A stretch of DNA of 64,000 bases from an uncultured Acidimicrobiia bacterium (GTDB lineage Bacteria; Acidobacteriota; Terriglobia; Versatilivoradales; Versatilivoraceae): the NCBI GenBank assembly GCA_963752385.1, contig CAVVYL010000038.1, positions 4 through 64,003 of the forward strand. Reading direction: 5' to 3'. The position numbers and the translations under genes were made by a program. The notes below the pieces were generated by a model. It was given only the letters and a program-made list of their open reading frames with translations. It ran no database searches and was not told where the DNA came from. The stretch's first letter is position 1; the number at the start of each line of letters is the position of its first letter. This document shows, piece by piece, positions 54,541-64,000 of the stretch.

Positions 54541-55470
54541 CTACCGGCGGGGGCTGCCTTTGAAGGCTGGATCCATCGCTGCGATATCGACGCGAAAGCT
54601 GACCGTCTCGGCAGTGGGGAAGCTGCCAGGGATCTTCTGCGTCACTCTCCCGGTCGCAGCCCACTCGGTTCCCCGCTGAAAAGTCGCGATGAACCCCACG
54701 CAGCTCAGCGCCGGAATGTCGTGCCCCAACGTGGTGTGGAAAATCCGTCCCTTCCCATACGAAAGCACCATGAGAACGGGCTCGTCGTAGCCCGTGCCCC
54801 GGTTGTCGGGCGCTGAGTAGGCCGTCGCGAGAACGGTCATGTTCTTGCCTGGCCCGCGAAGCCTGGCATAGAGCTCATCGCCTGCGTGCATCCAAACCTT
54901 TGGCAGGCCCTTCGTAATGGGGTGTTCGCCATCCCGGATTGTGACTGGAAATGGAAGCCGGGCCCCATGCGACCCGGCATTCCCCGGAGAGTTGTCGGAG
55001 ACAAGCTTGCCTTCCTTGTAGTACCAAAACGGGCCTGCCTTCTCCGTCCGGTTGCGCCAGCCGCCGATTCCAATCATTTCGTTGAATGCAGGCCAGTCTG
55101 GAAATGCGTTGTCGGCCGCGTGCACCGCTACCAAGCTGCCTCCATCCTTCACATACTGCTCAAACGACGCTTTCAGCTCCGCGGGCCATTCCGGCGCATC
55201 GTAGTTTGAGACGATAACCTGGTACTTCTTGAACTCCGGCTTGAAAGTGCTGAAGTCGCCGCCAGACTGGGGCGCTGTGACGACGTCGACCTGGAAGAGA
55301 CCGGTAGCCTCCAACTGCTTCCGCAACACTGGCGTCACACGCTGCCAATCATGGTAAGGACCTCCGCTCTGCCCATCGAGAATCATGACCCGAATCGTGC
55401 CTGCGGCAATGGCCGTGAGCGGCGCGAAGAGCTGTACCAGGGCGATCAAGCTCCAAACGATTTCTTTCAT
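54541..55470 (-). CDS. ThuA-like domain secreted protein
   Basis: [37 protein letters not shown]. Confidence 0.88.
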   Translation of the reverse strand: MKEIVWSLIALVQLFAPLTAIAAGTIRVMILDGQSGGPYHDWQRVTPVLRKQLEATGLFQVDVVTAPQSGGDFSTFKPEFKKYQVIVSNYDAPEWPAELKASFEQYVKDGGSLVAVHAADNAFPDWPAFNEMIGIGGWRNRTEKAGPFWYYKEGKLVSDNSPGNAGSHGARLPFPVTIRDGEHPITKGLPKVWMHAGDELYARLRGPGKNMTVLATAYSAPDNRGTGYDEPVLMVLSYGKGRIFHTTLGHDIPALSCVGFIATFQRGTEWAATGRVTQKIPGSFPTAETVSFRVDIAAMDPAFKGSPRR

Positions 55471-55978
55471 ACGGCTCTCACCTCAGGCAAGTTTGTGCTT
55501 CTGGATCGGCAGTCTCGAATTCTTTTTCCGGTTACAGCAAATATGGCATTGCAGATCGCCGGAGCAATCGGAGGGACACCTGGCTCTCCCACGTCGGCAG
55601 GAAGCTCCGAGCTGGGCATAATGTGGACATAGGTCTCGCAGGGCGCTGGCGACCGCGAATACTTCGAATCCGCAAAAGAGAAGCTATGAATCTTCAGAAC
55701 CTCTACCTGCGATCCTGTCTAAAATGGGACCTTGTTCAGGAAGCCGCGACTGTTGGGGTGAAACAAGGTAAGGCGCGAAAATCTTAGCAGAGAATATGCC
55801 GGATCGACATTGGTTTTCCTAGGCCAATTGTGGGTCTGTCGTTGGTTCCAAAAGATAGCGGCGGCAGAGAAGGAAGTAGGAGGCGAAGGGCGCATGCCCC
55901 GCTTGCCCTTTTTCTAGGAGCGGATGATAATGCGGCGCACAAACCAACCAACCATTGTCGACTGATGGAGCGGGGCTG

Positions 55979-57172
55979 ATGTTCCATTTTCGCAATGAAA
56001 CCTTTTCCGCGGATTATGCGCACCTGAGGATCTGGACCGCGCTGGCTCTGCTGGCAATTTCCGCTGGAACCATGCTCGCTCAAGTGCCCAGTGCCGCGCA
56101 GCAGCCGGGTCAGCCATTGCCGGAAGGCGCCGGCAGAGATATCACACACAAAGTTTGCGGAGCGACCTGTCACGGCACGGACATCATCATGGGCAGAGGG
56201 CGAACGCGCGATCAATGGACGGCCGTTGTCAATGCGATGGTGGCTCGCGGCGCCAAGGCCAGCGATGCCGAATTCGTGCAGATCACCGAGTACCTCAGCT
56301 CGCATTTCGGGCCCAACAGCGTCGTTCCTTCTGCTTCCACACGCGGCAGCGGACCAGGTGGCGAGTACCGCGAGCGTCCGGACGCGGACCTGGTCCGATG
56401 GGATCCGGCGCTGCGGATTCCCATGTGGTCGATGATGCGGGCGCCGAGCGCGGCAAGGCTGTCTATATCGCCGAGTGCATCACCTGCCATGGCGTCAAGG
56501 CTCGCGGAGGAGATTCCAGCCTGCCGCGGAATCAGCAAGGGGCCAACCTGATCCGTTCCCTGGTTGTTCTGCACGATCGCTACGGAAACGGAATTGGTCC
56601 GTTTCTCGCGAAGGGCCATCCCCTGCAGAGCGGACGGTCAGCCTCCAGCCTCAAGCCCGAACAGGTGGCTGACCTCGCGCATTTCCTGCATCAGAAGGTT
56701 TACAACACGCTGCGCAGCGGCCCGGAATTGCAGATTCAAAACGTGCTTACTGGCGATCCAAAGGCAGGCGAGGTGTACTTCAACGGCGCTGGAAAGTGCC
56801 ACACCTGCCATTCACCGACCGGCGACCTGAAGGGCATTGGCCGCAAGTACGATCCGCCGACGCTCCAGTCGAAGTTCCTCTTCCCACGCGCCGTGGGATT
56901 TGGCCGGCGCGGAGCAGCGCCTGTTACCGACGAAGCCCGTTACAGTGACAGTGACCCAGCCGAACGGAGAGGTGGTGGAAGGAGTGCTCCAAACGCTGGA
57001 CGATTTCAACGTTGCGCTTCGTGATGCGCAGGGCAACTACCGCTCATTCAAGATCACGCCTGAATTGAAGGTTGTGAAACACGATCCGTACGCGATGCAC
57101 GTCACCCTGCTCGATCAATACACAGACAAAGACATGCACGACATCGTTGCTTATCTGGAGACCCTGAAATGA
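55979..57172 (+). CDS. Multi-domain cytochrome c with three heme motifs (frameshifts near 56365 and 56930)
   Basis: LPEGAGR..CGATCH; CITCH; GDPKAGEVYF..CHTCH; stop overlaps the quinoprotein start. Confidence 0.8.
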
Positions 57173-58765
57173 TCACGATGCGCATTTCGGGAAAGATACT
57201 GGTCGCTTCGGTACTGCTGGTGGCTACTTTCGAGAGCCAGTCCCTGAAGCCTTCCAAGCTGATGGAGCCGCCAACGGACACGTGGCCGATGTACAACGGC
57301 GACTATTCCGGGCGTCGTTTCAGCACGCTGAATAAGATTAACGATTCCAATGTCCGGTCGCTCAGTCTGGCTTGGGTGTATCGCGCGAGTGTGGGTGGAG
57401 GTGGTTTTGGCGGATCCATTAAAGCCACGCCTTTGCTGATCGACGGTGTCCTGTACTTCACGTTGCCGGACCATGCGTGGGCCATCGATGCGCGCACGGG
57501 CCGAGAGGTGTGGCACTTCGCCTGGGAGTCGAAGGGAGGAATTCACATTGGCAGTCGCGGGGCTGCGGCTTATGGCGACTGGCTTTATTTCGAGACGCCC
57601 GACTGCAATCTGGTGTCGTTGAATCTGAAAGACGGCAAGAAACGCTGGCAAACACCGATCTGCGACCTGGACCAGATGTATTTCGGCTCGGTCGCACCGC
57701 TCGTGATCAAGAATCACGTGATCGCCGGCGTCAGCGGAGACGATCTCGACGTGCCCGGCTACATTGAATCGCACGATCCGGAAACCGGAGCGTTGCAGTG
57801 GCGCTGGTATACGCACCCGCAGCCCGGCGAGCCCGAAGCCAAGACCTGGCCCAGCGTCGAGGCGATGCTGCATGGCGGCGGCATGACCTGGGGCTCGTAT
57901 ACGTACGATCCGGAGTTGAATCTGCTTTACTTCGGAACGGGTAATCCGCAACCGGTGATCTCCGGAAAGGGCCGCGAGGGAGACAACCTTTACACCGAGT
58001 GCATCATTGCCCTGAATCCCGACACCGGCAAACTGGTCTGGTATTTCCAAGCCTCCCCGCACGATACCCACGACTGGGATGCGAATGAAGCCCCCGTTTT
58101 GATCGACGGTGAAATCAATGGGCAGAAGCGCAAACTGTTAGCCCAGGCGAGCCGCAATGGCTACTTTTTTGTCCTCGATCGAGTCACCGGGAAAAACATC
58201 GTCACGACGACTTTTGCGAAAGCGAACTGGGCTAAAGGGCTGGATGCGAAAGGACAGCCGATTCCCGAATCCGGCCAAGATGCCCCAACTGGACGGTGCT
58301 CTGGTTTCTCCGAACCAGGCGGGTGCTGCCAACTGGCCGCCCCCGAGCTTCAGTCCGGCGACCGGGCTGTTCTATGTGAATGCGACCGATGCCTACAGTG
58401 TCTACTACATCTACGATACCGAACCGAAGGCGGAAGGCTGGGCTGGGAATGATCGAGGGGGCTGGTCACAGTCGTCGCTTCGTGCGATCGACTACAGGAC
58501 AGGAAAAATCAAATGGAGTCACACCTGGGAGGGCACCGGTGGGCCGCGCTCAGGCGTGCTCTCCACCGCCGGCAATCTGGTTTTCGCGGGCGACCCGTCG
58601 AACAACCTCGTCGCGGTCAATGCAACCACAGGCAAACCTCTCTGGCACGCCAACCTGGGTGCCGGCATGAGCAACGCGCCCATCACCTATGAACTCGACG
58701 GCACGCAATATCTGGTGGTTGGCGCAGGCGATACGCTGTTTGGCTTTGCCCTGCTGACGAAGTGA
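57169..58765 (+). CDS. PQQ-type beta-propeller dehydrogenase, acido-empty-quinoprotein group A-like (frameshift near 58265)
   Basis: WPMYNGDYSGRRFS, HGGGMTW, GTGNP, GDNLY, FQASPHDTHDWD, RNGYFFVLDR, APITYELDGTQY. Confidence 0.85.
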
Positions 58766-58771
58766 TCCTGC

Positions 58772-59115
58772 GGACGAGGGCAATTACTGAGAGAGATTGA
58801 ATTTCGGATCTTCACGACGTTGCCGATGTCGTTGAGGGGATTCGCATCGGGCACGACAATGTCGGCAAGTTTTCCAGGTCCAATCGTTCCAAGCTCGTCG
58901 AGCCGGCCCAAGAACCGGGCCGGGCTCACAGCAGCGGTCTGTAGCGCCCGAAGCGGCGTTAAGTCTGCGCTCGCCCTCAGCTGTAACTCATCGTGCAATC
59001 TGAATCCCGTTACGATGCCTGGCATTGCCGGCGAGTCAGTGCCGGCTAGAATTCCCACGCCCGCTTTTTGAAGATCGGCGACGAATCCGCCCACGGCTTG
59101 ACACCAATGAGGCAC
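58772..59115 (-). pseudogene. C-terminal fragment of a metal-dependent amidohydrolase
   Basis: ILAGTDS..LHDEL..GTIGPGKLADIV..NPLNDI, with no N-terminal part. Confidence 0.7.
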
Positions 59116-59209
59116 AGTGCCAAATTGTCTTCATACCTGGACTGGGTGGGCGGAAGTCTTCTTCGGATCGGTGAGAAGGGCTACCGTTTGATTGTCGCGT
59201 AAGCATCGC

Positions 59210-62105
59210 ATGAACTGGACTCGAGATAAGAAACTTTCGTCAAAGCGATGGTGCGGTCTGTTTCTGTTCGCGATTTGGACAGCATTGGACTTTGCGGCGC
59301 AAGCTGTGCCCCAAAGCAGCGTGGAGAGTCAGGCTCTGGCAATCATTGAGACGCGTTGTTTGTCTTGCCATGGCGCTGAACTAAAGACTTCAGGGTTGGA
59401 TCTGTCAACCCTTCAAACCGCTCTGCAGGGCGGCAGCGCGGGTCCGGCGCTCAAGCCTGGGCAGCCTGCCGAGAGCTTATTGCTCAAACGCGTCATTCAA
59501 CATCAGATGCCTCCGGGAAAACCGTTACCGCAAGAAGAAAAGACGCTCCTCAGCCAATGGATACTCGAGGGAGCGCCCTGGTCTGGAAGAATCGGTAAGG
59601 CCGCAGGCCCGCCCCGCCGCGCGGGTTTAGACTGGTGGGCATTGCAGCCCTTGCGGGAACAGTCACCTCCCGACCCCACGGGCTTGCCAGCGGAATGGTC
59701 CCACTCACCCGTCGATCGATTCATCTACGCCAAGCTGCAAGAGAAAGGGCTCCGGCCTTCGCCACCCGCCGATCGAGCGACTTACATCCGTCGTGCGAGT
59801 TTTGATCTGTTGGGTCTGCCACCCACTCCTGAAGAGATTGATGACTTCGTGCAAGACACGAGTCCGGACGCCTACGAGAAACTGATAGACCGATTGTTAG
59901 CCTCGCCGCATTACGGTGAGCGCTGGGGACGGCACTGGTTGGACGTGATTCGGTTCGGCGAGAGTCATGGCTATGAGCAAAACCATTTGCGGGAACGCGC
60001 TTGGCCGTTCCGAGACTACCTCATCCGCTCTCTGAATCAGGACAAGCCGTTCAGCCAGATGGTACTGGAGCAGCTGGCCGGCGACCAGCTCTCGCCGAAT
60101 GAACCCGAGGTGGCAGTGGCGACAGGGTTTCTCGTGGCCGGCGTCCACGACACTGTCAAGATTGAAAACATCGAAGGCGAGCTGCAGAAGCGGGCCAACG
60201 ATCTGGACGACATGGTGCTGACGACGGGTGCGGCGTTTCTTGGACTGACAGTCAATTGCGCGCGTTGTCACGACCACAAGTTCGACCCGATTCCACAGGT
60301 GGACTACTACCGTCTGCAGGCTGCCTTTGCCGGTGTTCAACATGCGGAGCGCGAGTTAGCGACTCGCAAAGAGCAAGCCCTGCGTGAGGCTCAGGAAAAA
60401 CCATTGCGGGAAGATTTGGAGCGAATTAACCAGCGCTTGGCCGCACTCAAGCAGTCAGGATGGCCACTGGCGGAAGCCCGCAAGGCGGAACTCTCCAAGG
60501 CGTATCGTCAGCCGGTAGATGCGAAGGGCAATGAGGAGAGGTTTTCACCCGTTGCGGCCCGGTTCGCCCGCATGAACATCCTGACAACGTACAAAAATCA
60601 GGAGCCGGCTCTCGACGAACTGGAAGTTTGGACGGCTGAAGGACCTCAAGTCAATGTCGCGCTCGCTTCGCGAGGGGCTAAGGCCAGTGCCCGTTCTACG
60701 CGGACCGATGGCAAAGGAGCGGCCTTCTACAAGCTGGATTTTCTAAACGATGGGAAATTCGATGAGATCTGGATTTCTGACGAGCGAGACACAGGCCAGG
60801 TAACGCTCGAGTTCCCCAAGACACTGACCATTTCACGCATCACGTGGTCTCGAGACCGTCCTGGCGCCAATCAGGGCCGCTTCCTCAGCCGCGTGCCGGT
60901 GAAGTATGTTTTTGAGACTTCACTCGACGGTGTGCAATGGCGGCGAGTGGCGAGCTCTGACGACCGATTGCCATTCACGGAGGAAGAACGCGAAGAGTTC
61001 TTCCTGCTTTCCGTCCTTGTTCCAAAGGAAAAGGACGAGTGGCTGGCATTGAGAAAAAGGAAAGCGGAAACGGAAAAGAAACTGGCGGCGCTGCCCAAGC
61101 CACCGACTGCCTATATCGGCAGATTCACTCAGCCGTCTGAACCGGTGGCGCTGCACAAGCGCGGCAATCCGATGGACAAGGGCGACATTGTGGCGCCCGG
61201 TGGTTTGAGTGCGCTCCAGAGAATGCTGCCGGTTTATGAGCTCGACGCAAACGCTCCAGAAGGCGAGCGTCGGCTGGCATTGGCCCGCTGGATTGTTGAC
61301 GATCGAAACGGGTTGACGGCTCGGGTGTTGGCCAATCGTCTCTGGCATTATCATTTCGGGAAAGGACTGGTCGGGACTCCGAGCGATTTCGGCTACAACG
61401 GCGAGAAGCCGACGCATCCCGAGTTGTTGGAGTGGCTGGCGCAGCGTCTACTGCATCACGGCTGGCGGCTCAAGCCCATGCACAAGGAGTTGATGTTGTC
61501 GGGTGTTTATCGTCAGTCAAGCCAGTGGAATCCTGAGGCAGCAGCCATCGACAATGAAGCGCGCACCCTGTGGCGTTTTCCCGCAAGGCGTCTGGAAGCC
61601 GAGGCAGTGCGCGACTCGATTCTGGCGGTGAGCGGAAAACTGAATCGTACGATGGGAGGACCAGGCTTCCGCCTCTACGACTACACGGTTGATAACGTTG
61701 CGACCTATGCGTTCCGGGCAAGTTTCGGTCCGGAGACATACAGGCGCGCTGTCTATCATCAATCCGCCCGTTCAGTGAAAGACGACTTGATGGGACCGTT
61801 TGATTGCCCCGATTCGGCGCTGCCCGAACCCAAGCGGGTGTCGACCACAACGGCGCTTCAAGCCCTCAGCTTGCTGAACAACGCCTTCATCCTCGACCAG
61901 GCAGGGTTCTTTGCCGAGCGTTTGCGTCGAGAAGCCGGTGAGCGGGACGTGAAAGCTCAGGTTAAACGTGGCCTTTCGCCTCGTCTTCGGACGAGCTCCG
62001 AAGGATGAGGAAGTCTCTTCGGCGGTGGAGCTCATTCGGCGGCACGATCTAAAGGCTTTTTGCCGAGCGCTGCTGAATGCCAATGAATTTCTCTATGTGA
62101 TGTGA
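59210..62105 (+). CDS. PSD1/planctomycete cytochrome c protein (DUF1549 + discoidin-like + DUF1553; frameshift near 61970)
   Basis: CLSCH; YGERWGRHWLD; CARCHDHKFDP; THPELL; RRLEAE; QALSLLN; C-terminal NEFLYV in a shifted frame. Confidence 0.9.
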
Positions 62106-62227
62106 AATCCCGGAGAGAACGCGACGCCTTCGGGGGGAGTCATGATCGCGCGGAAAAGCTGCAGGACACCCCAGTCGCTTCGAGACCAGCTCTCTTAATT
62201 TTTTGAAGGGGGCTATTCGGTATCGTC

Positions 62228-63679
62228 ATGAAGACAAGCCATCCCAGAATCCAATTTCACCCTCAGTGGCTGAACCGCCGCGAATTTCTCGGCAACCTGG
62301 GCGAAGGGCTCACCGGGATTGCTTTGGCTGTTCTGCTGAACGAAGAGGGGCTGCTGGCACAAGATCTGCCGCCTTCAGGAAAGCCGCATTTCGCGCCACG
62401 CGCCAAGCGAGTGATTCAGATCTTTTGCCCGGGTGCGGTCTCGGCAATGGACACTTTCGAGTATAAGCCCGAACTACAGAAAAGGAGCGGAGAGCCCTTG
62501 CCTGGGGGTGAAAACTTGGTCTCCTTCCAGGGAGCCAACGGGAATCTGATGCAGAGCCCTTGGGAATTTCGCCGCTGCGGCCAGAGCGGGAAGTGGGTTT
62601 CCAGTTTGCTGCCTCATTTGAGCGGATGGGTAGACGAGATTGGCTTCATCCACTCAATGACGGCGAAAAGCAATACCCATGGTCCGGCCTGTGTGCAGAT
62701 GAATACAGGGTTCGTCAGCGAGGGCTTTCCCAGCATGGGTGCCTGGATCAGCTATGCACTCGGCACAGAGAACCAAAATCTGCCAGCGTTTGTCGCAATC
62801 CCGGATGTTCGCGGAATTCCGCCTTCCGGACCTGCAAACTGGACCTCCGGATTTTTGCCCGCCGCGCACCAAGGCACGCCATTCAACGCCGCAGAGCCAA
62901 TCCAAAATCTGCAGCGGCCGCCAGGAATCAGCGCTGAAGCTGATGACGACAGTCGAAGGTTTCTGCGACTCCTCAATCAAGTCCACGAAAAGGATAATCC
63001 AGGCAACTCGGACCTGGCAGCACGAGTCGCTGCCTATGAACTTGCCGCGCGCATGCAGTTGTCCGCGCCCGAAGCTACGGACTTGAGCCAGGAGAGCAAA
63101 GCCACAAGGGAGCTGTATGGTGCAGACGACTCAAATCCGCTTATGGCGGCCTATGCTCGCAACTGCCTGCTGGCGCGACGGCTCATTGAGCGAGGCGTCC
63201 GGTTTGTCCAACTCTTCTGTGGTTCTCGCGCCTCTGGGGTTGACGGTCTGCTCAACTGGGATGCGCACAAGACGCTCAAACAGGATTACGAACGGCATTG
63301 TCCAATTCTGGATAAGCCTAGCGCCGGATTGATCCAGGATCTAAAGTGTCGAGGATTGCTGAAAGACACCCTGGTCCTCTGGACCACCGAGTTCGGGCGG
63401 ATGCCAACCCACCAGGCCGGAACTCTCGGACGCGACCACAATCCAGATGGCTTTACTGTCTGGATGTTAGGGGCGGGCGTCCAGCCGGGTAGCTACGGCG
63501 CAACCGATGAGTTTGGACGCAAAGCCGTTCAGAATGTCTCCACCATTTACGACTTTCACGCCACAGTTCTCCATCTGCTCGGGTTGGATCACGAAAAGCT
63601 CACCTATTACCACAACGGCATCAACCGCCGCCTCACCGATGTTCACGGGCACGTTATCAAAGAGCTAGTAGCTTCCTGA
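62228..63679 (+). CDS. DUF1501 family Tat-exported protein
   Basis: NRREFL; PRAKRVI; WDAH; EFGRMP; GRDHNP; HATVLHLLG; RLTDVHG. Confidence 0.92.
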   Translation: MKTSHPRIQFHPQWLNRREFLGNLGEGLTGIALAVLLNEEGLLAQDLPPSGKPHFAPRAKRVIQIFCPGAVSAMDTFEYKPELQKRSGEPLPGGENLVSFQGANGNLMQSPWEFRRCGQSGKWVSSLLPHLSGWVDEIGFIHSMTAKSNTHGPACVQMNTGFVSEGFPSMGAWISYALGTENQNLPAFVAIPDVRGIPPSGPANWTSGFLPAAHQGTPFNAAEPIQNLQRPPGISAEADDDSRRFLRLLNQVHEKDNPGNSDLAARVAAYELAARMQLSAPEATDLSQESKATRELYGADDSNPLMAAYARNCLLARRLIERGVRFVQLFCGSRASGVDGLLNWDAHKTLKQDYERHCPILDKPSAGLIQDLKCRGLLKDTLVLWTTEFGRMPTHQAGTLGRDHNPDGFTVWMLGAGVQPGSYGATDEFGRKAVQNVSTIYDFHATVLHLLGLDHEKLTYYHNGINRRLTDVHGHVIKELVAS

Positions 63680-64000
63680 ATTTCGTAGTCAAAACTACGA
63701 GAGTTTGGAAGTGGTGCGTTGGCATCTCGTTCGGAGTGCTCTATATCGGCTAGATTTTTATGATTTACTGTGAACACGACAGGTTTGATGTGAGCCAAAA
63801 TTGGAAGCGAGCTTGGAACGATTTTTGCTCGTAATTCTAGGATAAGTAATGTTCTTTTAACTGCAGAACGCACAATCCAGTTTTTGCCTGGCCCCCGTCG
63901 CTCAGCCCCTTCCTAAAAGCACCTCCTCCCGTTCATGACCGGGGTTTCAAGTCGCGTTCCAACACAACCATTTTGAACCTAATGTAAGGAGGCACGAAAT

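Overview
Bacterial DNA, probably Acidobacteriota (Solibacter/Bryobacter-like), inferred from the Oar-type TonB receptor, CRTAC1/ASPIC proteins, acido-empty-type quinoprotein and PSD1/DUF1501 pair. About 20 genes carry single-base frameshifts, often at homopolymers, which points to an unpolished long-read assembly, so pseudogene calls are uncertain. Layout: (1) 1-1985, host genes ending in a PAS histidine kinase cut exactly at its H-box. (2) ~1942-19550, a conjugative element on the minus strand: virB2-B3-B4-B9-B10, a lipoprotein, virB5-B6-B8, two small ORFs, two Replic_Relax/MOBC-like proteins, a palindrome-rich oriT-like region, RHH protein, coupling protein, VirB11, RepB-type primase, an SSB-like gene and a HEPN-like gene. 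(3) 19696-31042, an IS1182-family element and an MFP + 2 RND efflux operon, bracketed by a ~121-bp direct repeat that looks like a promoter plus structured RNA. (4) 31170-35510, small cassette-like genes with a degenerate attC and a tyrosine recombinase. (5) 35690-64000, an Acidobacteria-type envelope/redox region: membrane wHTH regulator, TonB receptor, TPR, 2x CRTAC1, cytochrome c-ankyrin-prenyltransferase fusion, RAYT with REPs, multiheme cytochrome plus quinoprotein, PSD1 and DUF1501. Best leads are the lipoprotein carrying a copy of the VirB5 C-terminal motif, the unusual transfer/replication module, the 121-bp repeat and the H-box junction.
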